A DNA stretch of 64,000 bases from Octopus bimaculoides (taxonomy: Eukaryota), in the NCBI RefSeq assembly GCF_001194135.2, contig NC_068986.1:37937143-38001142 (forward strand). Direction: 5' to 3'. This document shows, in pieces, positions 47,868 to 60,910 of this stretch. Position 1 is the first letter of the stretch; every line of letters begins with the position of its first letter. Both the position numbers and the translations under genes were made by a program. Under the pieces are notes generated by a model. The model was not told the DNA's origin. It was given only the letters and a program-made list of their open reading frames with translations, and ran no database searches.

Positions 47868-50800
47868 TGCTGCTTCTTCAGATTTGTGACATTCTGATCC
47901 TGAGAAAATATCTTCAATGTCAAAATTGTACAACTTCAGAAAATTTTTTACCACAAGCACAGACACTGCAGCATGGCTAAAAAATTTGCTTCACAACCAC
48001 ATTATTCCAGGTTCAATCCCAGTGCATGTCACACTGAGTTAGTGTCTTCTATTATACCTTTGGGTTGACTAGTACTATTTAAAAGGAATTTGGCAGATGT
48101 AAACAGTATATTTATCAAAGATTACATGTCTGTACACCGTTACACACACACACACACACATGTATGTGTGTGTGTCAGTAGTTATGTTTACACCAGTCTG
48201 AAAACAAGTGCTTATGATGCATGTAACTTAACAGTTCAACAAATAGATATCAGTAAAATAAGTACTGCAGTTAACATGATTGGATAAACTCCTGAAGAAG
48301 ATGTTGCAGTTCAATAACTGAAACCAACAAAAGAGTAAAACAATAACATACCAATTAAAAAGACACTATACAATATATATGTCTCCATACTACAGCGCTA
48401 ACAGAAACTAGCCTTCACTAATGGGATACACTTAAGTCAAGTAAAAGTCACAAGCAAAGTTTTCCAATGTAAAGTCCAGTATGCCATTGTTTATTTTAAT
48501 AATCAATAATCCAAGGTTTATCACAAGATGCATTTCATAATGGTATAGCAAACAAGAGTTCAGCCTCCCAACTGAAGAACAATTGGGTGTATTCCACTAT
48601 TGACAGTAAACTATGTAAAGAGAAAAGTAAGGAAGAATTTCAACATCAGTGCAAACCAAGCTTGAAAAAGGAAACAAAACTCAGTGGTGGAACACCAAAC
48701 TGGAATTTGAACACTGGTGATATACATTACTGAATATCCTTATAAGAATTAATAAACATCTTCAAGATGACCCTAAACTCAAGAAAGATACCATCTAATA
48801 TCAGAAAACTGTAGCAAAAAAAAAAAAATAGGTAGCTGAATTAAGATAAAATTTCAGATTTTACATTTTAAAAATAATCCTTTCTACTATAAGCACAAAG
48901 CCTGAAATTTGGGGCAAGGGGCAACTCCAGTGCTTGACTGGTACTTAATTTATCAACTCTGAAAGAATGAAAGGCAAAGTTGACCTCAGAGCATAACATC
49001 AGACAAAATGCTTAGCAGCATTTTGTCCTCCTATATTCTATTTTCAACCTGTTGATTACTGTTGTTACTAATATCTTTTAAAAATTGAAATGAATCACAA
49101 ATGAAGACTATTGTTGCTTAGTTCCATGTCAAAGTATCTGAAACCTATATTTAAGGGGGATAAAATAAACAGATGCAAAAAAATAAATAAATAAATATAA
49201 AATTTAAAAAAACATCTTAGCCTTTAGACCAAAGCATTAGTTTTCCCAACATGCATCATTCCCAAAAGTTCTAATACACTAAAAATTCACTTCTAGTATT
49301 AAAAAAAGCTCCTTGCCCCTAAAATAGAGGACCCCCTTCATTGTCTAAAAGGTTAATAGTATGATTTGCTTTTAACTGTTGCATAAACATTTACTTATAC
49401 AAACAAATCAACCAAAAATACTATCCCAGTTATGTTGATTTCTACTAAAACAAAGGAGAAAACATAAAAAAAGTGTGACTGTAACTATGATACAGCCTTT
49501 TCTAGTGAAAATATTCAAATATGCAAAAACTTTATTTCACTATTCTTCTATATTACTCTTCAAAACAATTAACAAATTTCACATTTAAAGTATATCTTCA
49601 CATATTCCTCCAAATATTTTCATAAAAATCATTTGCAATAAATCTACACCTGTAGAAATTAAGAACATAACATTTACAAGCTGTGCTCTTGATAGTTCAA
49701 TTTTACTTTCAGGAATAAATTATATTTGCAAGTGCCAAAAAATGGTGAAAAGCAATTATCTCATTCTAAAAGTAACTTAAAGGGATATATTTAATGGATG
49801 AAACTACTCCAATCAAGTCCTCACAGTATACATTCAATAGTTTTCTAATACTTGACAAAAATACATCAGACTGCTTCCACCAAGGAAGTTAGTTAACCAC
49901 TTGCCATAGTTTACACCAAATCAACAAAAGTCATGCTTAATTAAATAGCGAAAGCATTTCTATTTAAAATTTTTCCAGCTCACAATTTTTGAAAGTGTGA
50001 CTAAATTCAATATTTTTTTTTTTACTAAATTTCAGTTTACAAGCCTGAGTTTAAATGCACAACATTCACCAACTAAGCTATTCCTGTAATAAATAAAAAG
50101 AAGCAAATAAGATAGTATTGCCTAAAATTCTACAGAAATATGCCTTTGCTCTTCACAATTTCTTTTATATTTATTTTTTCAGAGTTATGATGGTTCTACA
50201 AATTTAGGATTGCTAGCATAAGTTTAATGCCTTTTTAACTCTTAACCTGTAGAAAATTTTCTTAGTCAAAAACTAGCCTGATAACAATTCTGTTACAAAA
50301 GTAAATGAGAGCAGAAGGGATTACAGTTTTCTCCCTTACATTTGAGGATTCCTCGCCAGCTTCAAAATGAATGTAAATAACATTAGTACAATTCTTTTGA
50401 TATTGTGCATTTCAGGACTGCCTTACAGGAAACTAAGAGTTAATGAGTAGAACAAATGTAGCATGACACATGTTCAAACATCCTTGCCAGCCAACCATAG
50501 CTGCTAAATAAGATTAAGGTAGGTAGGTGGGAGCCTTACTACTACATTTAAACACAAATTCCATTGAACATGAAATAATAAAAAAAATCTCATGTTGAAG
50601 ACTTTACACTTAACTCCAACAATGGAAAATATTTTATAGAAATGGGACACAAATTCAAAAATGCAAAAATATAAGGAGTTTCTACATTCCTTGAAAAAAA
50701 AATTGTAGGTAATTATGATTTTTGTATTTTAATATACTGTTACAAACATAGATTATAAATGTCTTAAATATTTTTTAAAATTAGGACATTCCCTGCCATA

Positions 50801-51949
50801 TTAAAACTTCATGAAATAGAAAGATTCTGAATGAAGGAAATTCTCTACAATAAGAGGATAAAAATTAAAAAAACAAAATTCCTGACTCTTAAAAATGATT
50901 TTATTTTTGCATTAACCTATAAAGCACTAGACTGCTGAGCACATTTTATGAAAATGAGACTACAATGCACACACAAAAAACAAAAAAAAATAGTTAAAAT
51001 ATCTTCTTCGTATAATAATGGTGGCAAGTTTTACATCATTTGAAAAGTCATTAGTTGAACTATTAGTCCTCTTGCATTCTGGGGGATATTGGAGTGTCTG
51101 AGTGACATTAGACCCCAACAAATGCCCATAAATTAAATGCATCTATCTGGGCCAGGATTGTGGCCTGTTGACCTGTGCCTGACAGCCACGATCATGATCC
51201 GTTGCACTTTATTTGTTAACTAAAATTAATTTATGTTATGGAAGGTACAACAACAAAAAAATTACATTGTCTTTTCTCTCCAAACAAATGAACAATAAGA
51301 AAAATATCCTGGTCTACAATTACTTCTATTGATGTATTAATACTGTCATTTTTTTCTTTTGTAACAAAACAGGTAACCATATTTTAGAAGATCTTCAATC
51401 TTACACACCCTTCAAATAACATGTATCTAAGGACTATGTAATTGAATCAACTCTACACATACATTATTACATGGATATACTTTGATAAAAAAAAATAACT
51501 CTACACAGATAAAACAGATGTATGTAAACACTATAAATATTATCTAACTCTTACTTATAGAACATAGAAATGTCTTGACTCACATGATGTGAAGTTGTCT
51601 GGAATTAAAATTATCTGAAGCATATAAATCAAAATCCAATTCCTACTATATTGTCAGTAATAGTCTTTTCAGAAGACCACATTAGCCAACCTACTATTAA
51701 GAGTGTAGGTTCCAATTTAGAGTCAAAACAAACCAAACAATTCACTGACTACAAAGCCCAAACTGACACAGTCAATGCTTTTCATTCCTGCAGACTGGAC
51801 AATGTTCAGAGAAAACTTCTTTATTTTATTAATGAATCCTTGTTCATTAAAGATGTTCTATTATAGTAAAGAGTCTTTTCTATCTTATACAAAATGCTTT
51901 TACTTTTATTGAATTGGCCTCACTGACATGATTAATGTTCCACTTAAAT

Positions 51950-54900
51950 AATTGTAAGTTTGCAAGAAAAAAATTGGCAGGAAAGATATTTCAACAGGCT
52001 GATGTTGTGAGAAAGAAAGAAAGACTAGGCTTGGTAGTTAGTATGAGATGGGAACACAATATGGATAAGTCTTTGTATTGGTGGAGACAAGATTGGCATG
52101 ATATCACTGTACAATGTTTCTAAGTTCTCCATTCAAATAGTGTAGGTTTGACACTTGAATGAGGAAGGTTAAAGAAGAATGAAGGGTAGTATGATATGCA
52201 GAGGAGTATGCACTGATGGATTGACAGCAAATAGACTATTCATGAGTTGGAGGTAGAACGTGGGAGGACAAAATAACCTTGGGGTATAACAGAGTTGGTA
52301 GAATGCGAGTCAGAGAGAACTTTGCTAGGACATGCTGTGATCTGACAGGAAGCAAGCCACCAATCCAAGAGATGAAAGTCAGATGTACTAATAAGCAGGC
52401 AGTTTTACTAGCAGATTCATATATCAGACACAGATGATTTTGATGATATCAAGTACAACTACTGTTTCATCTAATTTCTCAAAGGCAATGGCCCACTGCT
52501 AAGTGACAGAGTAGGTCTTGAGTAAATTTGGCTTTATAAAAGCCATGCTCAAAATATCTGGTGGTGTTGGCTATAGCCTAGTCACCCGTATAGTTAACCA
52601 GGTGATACATGAAGGAGTCATACCCAATGACTGGTGTAGCAGCACCATAGTCAACTGCTACAAAGGTAAAGGTGATGCTTTAGATACAAATAATTACAGA
52701 GATATCAAGTTATTGGATCAAGTAATGAAGGTCACGGAGAAGGTTGTAGCCCAACTAATTAGGGAGAAAGTCAGTATAGATGAGATGCAGTTTGGGTTCG
52801 TGCAGGGAAAAGCACCACTGATGCTATATTTCTGGTAAGACAGCTGCAGGAGAAATACCTAGCCAAAGTTAAACCTCTGTACCTGGCTTTCGTTGACATG
52901 GAGAAAGCCTTTGACAGGGTCCCCTGGTCCCTTATCTGGTGGTCAATGAGGAAACTAAGGATAGATGAATGGTTAGGGAGAGCTGTGCAAGCCATGTACA
53001 GGGATGCTGTCAGTAAGGTGAGGTTTGGCAACAAGTACATTGAAGAATTCCGAGTAGGGGTAGAGGTCCACCAAGGATCAGTCCTCAGCCCCCTCTTATT
53101 CATTATAGTCCTCCAGGCAATAACAGAGGAATTCAAGACAGGATGCCCCTGGAAGCTCCTCTATGCTGATGACCTTGCTCTAATTGCTGAGTCACTATCA
53201 GAACTAGAGAAGTTTCAGGTGTGGAAGCAAGGATTAGAATCAAAGGGCCTTAGAGTCAACCTAGCTAAAACCAAAGTCTTAATAAGTAGGAAGGCAGACA
53301 AATCCTGCTCGATTTGTAGAAAAGGCATAGGTAGAAACTCCATAAGATGTACCCAGTGTAAGCTATGGACACATAGGAGGTGCAGCAATATCAAAGGGAG
53401 GCTAAATGGGAAGATAGTTTTTGTATGTGGCAAATGCTCAGGTGCTATAAACACAGAAAATGTGCAGAGAACAGCTTCTGTCACATTCCAGGGAGAAAAA
53501 CTAGAAGTAGTTGATAGCTTCCATTACCTAGGGGACCAAGTCAGTAGCAGGAGTGGATGCTCTGAAAGTGTAGCTGCTAGAATAAAAATAGTCTGGGCAA
53601 AGTTCAGAGAGCTCCTACCGCTGCTGGTGAGAAAGGGAGTCTCGCTCAGAGTAAAAGGTAGAGTGTATGACGTATGTGTGCTAACAACCATGCTACATGG
53701 CAGTGAAACATAGGCCGTACCTGATGAGGACATGTGTAAGCTTGCAAGGAATGAAGCCAGTATGCTCTGCTGGATGTATGTTAGTGTGCATACATGACAG
53801 AGTGTAAGCGCCCTGAGAGAAAAGTTGGATTTAAGAAGCATCAGATGTGATGTGCAAGAGAGACGACTGTGCTGGTATGGTCATGTGTGTGAATGAAAGA
53901 GGACAGCTGTGTGAAAAAGTGTCACACCCTAGCAGTTGAGGGAACCTGTGGAAGAAGTAGACCCAGGAAAACCTGGGATGAGGTGGTGAAGCACAACCTT
54001 CGAACATTGGGGCTTACCGAGGCAATGACTAGTGACTGGGACCTTTGGAGATATGCTGTGCTTGAGAAGACCCAGCAAGCCAAGTGAGATCAAAGCTCAT
54101 GACCTATGCCAGTGGGCGTAACCAGCCCATTTATGAATACCCCTCATTCATTGGATAATAAACCTTGCTTGCAAAGACCTATTGAGGCAGGTGTAAACAA
54201 ATCAAAATCACTGACATGGCCGATGACAGTACCGCCTGATTAGCACTCATGCCAGTGAAATGTTAAAAGAAGCATATCTGAGCGTGATCGTTGCCAGGGC
54301 CACAGATTGGCTCCCATGCCTGTGACATGTGAAAAGCACCATTCGAGTGTGATCGTTGCCAGCGTCACCTTAGCAGCATGTGCCAGTGGCACGTGAAAAA
54401 CAACATTTGAGCATGGTCATTGCCAGTGCTGCTGGTTGGCTTCCATGCAGGTAGCACGTAAAAACACCTTTTGAGCATGGTCACTGCCAGAATCACTTGA
54501 CTGGCCCTCATGCCTGTGGCACATAAAAAGCACACACTACACTCTCAGAGTGGCTGGCATTAGGAAGAGCATCCAGCTGTAGAAATTTTGCTAGATCAAA
54601 TTGAGCCTGGTGCAGCCTCTGCCTCACCAGTCCTCAGTCAAACCGTCCAACCCATGCCAGCATCGAAAGCAGACGTTAAATGATGATGATGATACTAGTG
54701 GTAATTAGGGAAGGAAAGAGAGATTTCATGTGTTGAAGAAGATTGTTGTTAATGGCTGCCCCCTTAACATTCGAGATGTTGAAAGTGACTGTAATAGGGA
54801 ATGAGACACACTGTAGTGTGTTTCCAAAGAATAGGATATGTCCCTAGTGGGAAAGAGAGACAGATTAAAGAGTTGAGTAACAACAGAAGCTAATTGAGGA

Positions 54901-54960
54901 ATATAATTTGGGAGTAATTTCTCATAATCTAAACTATGCATTCCATCTTCAGCTTTGCAT
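51950..54960 (-). mobile_element. old CR1/Jockey-like LINE RT, split by the RTE insertion
   Basis: IPQLASVVTQLFNLSL (about 54900), then after the RTE: HGFYKAKFTQDLL, ETVVVLDI.K, NSVIPQG, S.AYHTTLHSS (decayed YADD). Confidence 0.65.
52545..54693 (+). mobile_element. RTE-clade LINE, 5'-truncated, with RT, Cys-rich finger, 3' UTR tandem repeats and (GAT)n tail
   Basis: CYKGKGDA..NYR.IKLL, QFGF, AFVDMEKAFDRVP, HQGSVLSPLLF, LYADDL, CSIC...CTQCKLWTHRRC, GRPRKTWD. A frameshift near 52800 and a stop at 53711 make it inactive. Confidence 0.93.
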
Positions 54961-57099
54961 TAAATAAACAATATGCCCAAATTTTCCACTCAAAATCTAT
55001 TCCAGAATACTTTTCTCCAATATTTTGAACTCATCAATTATCAGTATAGAATTATTCCAAAAGACAAAATAAACATAAAGAAAAGTTGTATGGAAATCAA
55101 GCATAAAACTAATTTCCATCTTACACTAGATGAGTATGCTAAACCACTGTATTTATTAAAAAGTAAATCTAAGAGAAACGTAACACTTTCTACCTCTTCC
55201 TCATCTCTCTCATTAATTCCAATAAAGTTTTCCTTCAACAACAATTAGCATTTCTCTTCTCTCTGTACCCAAAACAGACTTTTAATTCATGAGATAAAAT
55301 TTAAACCACTATATATTCTTTCAAATGTAGCAGGGGATTTGTATGAGACAATGAATTACTCACAAGTCACTTTTTAGCTCTTGAATAAGTGTTAATTCAT
55401 TAGGTTCAAATAGGAATCTACAAAGCAATTATTAGAAATGATTTCAATCCTGGTCAAAGCACAGGAAATAAATTGAGCTTAGACTTTCAGAAATCCTCTA
55501 TTATTTGGATCCCTTGCTGAACCAATGTCATTGCAATGACAACAGTTCAGCTTGCTTGAACTGATTATTCCAAAGCCTAGGTGAAAACTTTTACTTTTAT
55601 TGTAGTACTTAATCAAGCTAAACTCTACAGATTCTTTATTCCTTTCGAATATTGTCAATACTCTTTCTTTAATCTGACCTCAAATTTAAAATTTTTCTGA
55701 GTTCGGATGGTTACAAAAAATACTCACTTTAAATAAACTGTCAGCTTCTTGTTGCAAAGTGATATTATATATATATATATATATATATATNNNNNNNNNN
55801 NNNNNNNNNNNNNNNNNNNNNNNNNNNNNNNNNNNNNNNNNNNNNNNNNNNNNNNNNNNNNNNNNNNNNNNNNNNNNNNNNNNNNNNNNAGAGAGAGAGC
55901 AGATATTTGACAATTTAAAAAATATGACAAATGATTGAAATAGTGAAATCATATTAAAATATACATATTTTCTATTTCAAAAGTAAATATCCTCTCCAGA
56001 AATTTATATACTATCGAATTAAGCATAGCCATAGTTGGATATGTTAACTTCTGACGCAACAAACGAACGAAAATGACCCTTCGAATACAAAATTATAAAT
56101 TAGCTTTAATATGTGTACATACAGAACTAGGATTGACATCAACATTGGTCCCTGAGGTTGTAACAGTTCAATAAGAACTATTTACTAAGTGTTTTTTTCC
56201 CTTTAATCTTTTGCTTCACCTTCAAACAAGTGTTTTGCATGTAAATATCCTCTTAGTTCATTAATATTAATGATTAGTGCTGCATTCGGATGGTTATTTT
56301 CATTCGTTACTTCTTACAGGCAAAACTAGAGCTTTGCAGTTTAATTATTGTTACTATTATTAATCGTCATAATTATTAGAAACGTTTTGATGTCACGATT
56401 AAAACGTTTTCTTCATTTAAATATTTTTATCCCGAAGAAAGCGTAATTTCTAATTTGAAGCGATGAAGTCTATATACGAAACATAACAAGGCAAAAATGG
56501 ATATAAATTTAAGTATCAAAATGAATGTTTATAAAAATGATGAAATATTCATCATTATGTAAATTTGTTAATTTAGGAAGTTTTCTTAAATTGATGCAAA
56601 CTAGCTGATAGGTTTGAAATATTCTAAACTGCGTAAAAATCAGTTTTATACACTTTTAATCAGTAAATCGTCAGATAAATAAAGGTTGTGTTTGACAACA
56701 TAGTAGCGTCGGTAAAACAAACGATATTGACCAGTCTCAAAATACATTTTGTTACAGAAATAGTTTTATAAAAAAAAAAACAGTACTTATATATTAACTA
56801 ACTACTAATGTCATTATATCTAGTGATGAATACATATGTTTGTTTGTCTTTATTATTATTATTAAAGGCGTTGTTGTCTGGTAGGGAATTATAAGCAACA
56901 AACGCATGGACAGAACTGGCTTTTACTATCAACAAAACAGAGCACGTTATGAGGCAGAATAGCAACAACTTGCACAAGACCCCACAGTTTCACATGCATA
57001 GGATGTATCCAATGCTAAGGCTGTTAAACTAATGTTGCATACATCCATATACGAATTGCAAGGAAAACAACAAAACAAATTATGAAGAGCAGAAGAAAT

Positions 57100-57300
57100 A
57101 AAAGACTTCACCTTCTCCAGAAACTCCGACGTTCACTTCCTCTTAGCATTTATTGAGCAGGCGCAATGCAATCGGCTAAGTGACTTCCGCTCAGGAGCTG
57201 ATATCGTTTGAACTTGCTTGACGGCAAACAACCTGTCTGATTGACATGTTTATAGTCACTTGGGCGAATCTTTGAACTATACTTTTTATTGTTATAGTTT
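57100..57300. promoter_or_regulatory. putative bidirectional promoter for STRAD and TEDC1
   Basis: CpG-retaining segment in a CpG-depleted context; ETS-like ACTTCCT (57135) and ACTTCCG (57183); CAATCGG and CTGATTG CCAAT-like boxes; candidate minus-strand donor AAG|GTGAAG at 57112. Confidence 0.5.
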
Positions 57301-57372
57301 ACTTATTGATTTTTATGTGATGCAATGCAAGGATACATTTGTCTTAATCGATTGTGATTGTTTTCTGTTAAT

Positions 57373-58683
57373 ATGGAAAAGAAAGTAATTCGTTTGTTGA
57401 CGAAAATTCTAGCTTGCCATGGTACGTCAAAAATTCATGCAGAAAACTTTCGTCTTTCAAAATTCAACGAACCTGAAGCAGTAGTACCAATGTTATGTTT
57501 GCTGTGTGATGTGATACACATTTATAAATTTGGAATGCCCCACCAGCCTTGTTGCAATTGTGAATTAGCTTTCGATTCAACCAAATCTTTGGAACGTATA
57601 CCAGACTGTACATATCTAGATTTCGTTCAGCGGGAATTATTTAAGCTTGGCTATAAATCATGCGATCTCTTCAGTATCCCTGAAGACCTGTCTTCGGGAA
57701 GTAGAGAACTGTTGTTATCTCTTTCTTGGTTTATCAGTAAAATAGATTTCATGTCTATACTTTTGGAAAAACACTTCGTCGAGACTACTGACCAAATTAA
57801 TATTGATGTTAAACCTGATATTAATGATAAACCTGTGTCTAACGACAGTGTAACTGATCAGTTAAAATATCTTGTCATGATAAATAACAAGATCAGAATG
57901 ACCTCCAGACTTGTTCATGCATTACAACAAGAGTGTAATTCGTCTGTTCACCACCTCCATAAAGAAACACAGATGCAATGTGTGCAATCTAATATGAACC
58001 ATTTGACCATGCAAGAAGCCAAAATGTTGCGATCTGAACCTGAAAAATTACTTAAAAAGTTAGAAAGCGATAATGCCACGCTTCAGGACCTTCTACAATG
58101 GAGGGAACAAGAGGATATTTTTTGGAATTGGATGAAGACTGTCTTGGCTTTAAAAATGGAATCGGACCCCGAGGAAAAGGCAGACCCGAAGTCTTTAATG
58201 AGCCTCACTTCTAAAGATTGCCAATTTCTTGTTGAAGCAAAGACGAACCTTGAAAAAGCCCTCCTTCCTTACAATGATATAATCTGTGATTTAGATAGAC
58301 TGTGGATAGAAAAGAAATTACAACTGTGTGAAAAAGATCTTAATGAATTAGCCAAAGAGCTTGACTTAGAAATTGATCAGTTTCATAAAAAACACAATAT
58401 TCTCTACAAATCGCGCACACTACAACCTAAACAGCATTGCTATTTTTATGTATCACCTCATTCCATAGATGCTGGAAGTCAGGCTAGTAGTTCAAAACAA
58501 TTCACAAAAAAACATTTAGATGAAGGTGTTAGTCTCATAAATGATCAAATAAAACTCTTAGAGAACTTGATTTATGAGCTTGATGAGAAAATTGTACTCA
58601 AACAAGAAAGTTATCAGAAACAAATTAATCAAGTTGCATCTCAGTTCAAAGAATTTGCATGCATTCCAGTATCTCCTTCATAG
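57373..58683 (+). CDS. TEDC1: tubulin epsilon and delta complex protein 1 (C14orf80 homolog), intronless, 436 aa
   Basis: AENFRLSKFNEPEA, GSRELLLSLSWF, HLTMQEAKMLR, LESDNATLQDLLQWREQEDIFWNWMKTVL and the C-terminal CIP match recalled TEDC1 motifs. The first ATG is 57373; the ORF track begins at an upstream TTG. Confidence 0.85.
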   Translation: MEKKVIRLLTKILACHGTSKIHAENFRLSKFNEPEAVVPMLCLLCDVIHIYKFGMPHQPCCNCELAFDSTKSLERIPDCTYLDFVQRELFKLGYKSCDLFSIPEDLSSGSRELLLSLSWFISKIDFMSILLEKHFVETTDQINIDVKPDINDKPVSNDSVTDQLKYLVMINNKIRMTSRLVHALQQECNSSVHHLHKETQMQCVQSNMNHLTMQEAKMLRSEPEKLLKKLESDNATLQDLLQWREQEDIFWNWMKTVLALKMESDPEEKADPKSLMSLTSKDCQFLVEAKTNLEKALLPYNDIICDLDRLWIEKKLQLCEKDLNELAKELDLEIDQFHKKHNILYKSRTLQPKQHCYFYVSPHSIDAGSQASSSKQFTKKHLDEGVSLINDQIKLLENLIYELDEKIVLKQESYQKQINQVASQFKEFACIPVSPS

Positions 58684-58779
58684 TATTCAGTACCAATGAT
58701 CTAATATTAGTAGTCATATTGATTAAGTTTTGATTTTATTTGTTGATATACATGTGTGTGTATTATATATATATATGGG

Positions 58780-58905
58780 GGAGAATTCATGAAAAAACAA
58801 CAGACGAAGACAGGTGGTGTAAACAACAAATGGATGTATTAGTGTAACACTCGGGAATAGAGAAAGTCTTTAACGTTTCGAGCCTACGCTCTTCAACAGA
58901 ATGAA
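58780..58905 (-). mobile_element. Penelope-type repeat end with a degenerate hammerhead-like motif
   Basis: The minus strand reads CTGTTGA-A-GAGC(gtag)GCTC-GAAA-CGTT at 58866-58902. Confidence 0.45.
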
Positions 58906-60878
58906 ACAAGGAGAGAAAAAAAATATTACCTGTACCTATCTATCTATATATATATATTGCAAATTTGAAAAATAATGTCACTCTTGTTTTAGCTTCTGGC
59001 TGGTCTTTTCTGAAGGAGTTTGAATTTTTAATTCTGAGAAGCTCTGAGATTCCAGAAAGCTGTTTGTTGTGAATCCTCATCAATATTTATCATCTTAGAT
59101 TGGAAAGAGTTTTGTAGCATGCGACACACATAGAGGCTGTTCTGTTACTGTTTGTGCTTGTTGTTTAATCTTAGGTTAAACAACAGTCCCGAGCAGCATT
59201 TCAATCAGTCATGACTATCATGTCTTTTCCTAAGTATAATGCACCTAGGACTACATTAGGTAATGTCCCCATACTTTTTTTTTTTATAACAGTATGATGT
59301 GATGTAAGGAAGAATTGGTTGCTCTTTCCAGTTGGTTGAACCACTGGAACACTAGTAGGTTTGAGAGATTGGCATTAGTTTGACTATAACTTTTGCTTCA
59401 AATACATCACATTCCATCATCAGTGTCCATAGTTCATTAGCAGTCATAGTACTGTTGTCCTCAGTAGGGCTTTGACCATGGATTTGTAAGGACACCCAAG
59501 GCTTGTCTTCCCCAAGGTTGATTCTCAGAGGATGTCTGGACTAGCAAGCAACTCTTGATGTATCAGATTTCAACCATGCACTCATTATGCTGAATAACTT
59601 TTATAGGTCCTTGTGTCATAAATATTAGAGGTGTGGTGAATAAAATCTGACCCAACTGAGATTTTTACAGAAGTTCAGTTTAACTTTGATTCTGACTGGG
59701 TGTTATTTATCCAATCCTCATTTGTTCTCTAAAGTATTTCCAGTTGAGCTACTTACTGTTAATATTACAACAGGCTAGAACTTCAAAAATCTAAGGTAAT
59801 TTACAGTCATCAGTCTAGAGGTTCACACTGCAAACCTTTGTTGGGGAATAGCTGTGTGTGTCTCTTCCATGGACTAAACAATAAAAGATTTATCTCATCA
59901 AGTTCCTACTCTCCAGAGGCATACATTGTTGTTCATGTCATTACTTTATTTTAAAATGAAAGAGAATACTTTGGAGAGAATAGGAAGTTTTTTTTCCTTC
60001 TATTTTTATAAGAATGATTTTCAAATCGTGTTTATTTGTCCTATTAATTGCCCAGATCTTTCACCTGAGATAACTTTGCTAACCTTTGCAAAATTAAATT
60101 TGTAAGGTCAGGTATTCCAACTTCAAATAGTCTTTCAGTTCTTTTGGTAATCTATAAAGTAGAGATTTCAACAACAATATGTTTCATTTCATTTCTACAT
60201 AATGATTTTTTTTGCTTAATCACAAGAGTCAGTAGAATGAAGTGGTATTTTATAGGCTTTAGAAGGGTGTGGATGCAGAATTAAGAATCAAAAGAATAAA
60301 AATGCTCCGGAATATCTAACCTGGTTCTTTATCATCTCTGCTAACCCATATGATCTATCACAAATATAACGGTTTTTTTTTTTTTTTTGTCATTTACTTT
60401 TTGCTTAGCTCCAGTTAAACATTCCAGCAGATTTATTTTCAAAGCCTCTCTATCTTTTTGTCAGACAATCCAGTGTGTCCTTTTCAAAGATGGTAGAATA
60501 GAATGTGATTTCACAAAGTCTTGGCTGCTATTTCTAGCAGTAGGTGTGAATACATAAAGTACCATCTTTGGCTCATTTACTAGGGTGTTATGTTGTATCA
60601 TTAAATAAGGCATTTATAATTTCAGTAATTTTTCAAACATTTTTTAAAAAGCTGGTTTCTTACTTGTCTGCCCATTAAATTAGATTAACACTCAAAATCT
60701 TTTGTATATATTCTGTTATAAACATGTAACATTAACTTGCTATTCTGGTTTCAATTTTATGGTCTGAAAATAGGACCTAATTTATGTTCTAACAGCTTGC
60801 TTATAAACTGCAGGTGTTTCAGTTGACTGAGACAATACAATAACATAATAGTTTAAAGAGTCATCCTCCTCTGATCCT

Positions 60879-60910
<32 letters not shown>

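Noticed and set aside
54090-54540. Regularly spaced repeats with spacers (CRISPR-like look)
   Set aside because: These are the tandem repeats of the RTE 3' UTR; no cas genes, eukaryotic context.
30112-54693. All four larger RTE copies in STRAD are antisense to the gene
   Set aside because: The sample is too small, and the copies in GGCT and MPST are mostly sense.
55715-55770. Strong minus-strand donor (AAA|GTGAGT), also CCT|GTAAGA at 56317, as STRAD UTR exons
   Set aside because: No clear acceptor or other support without transcripts.
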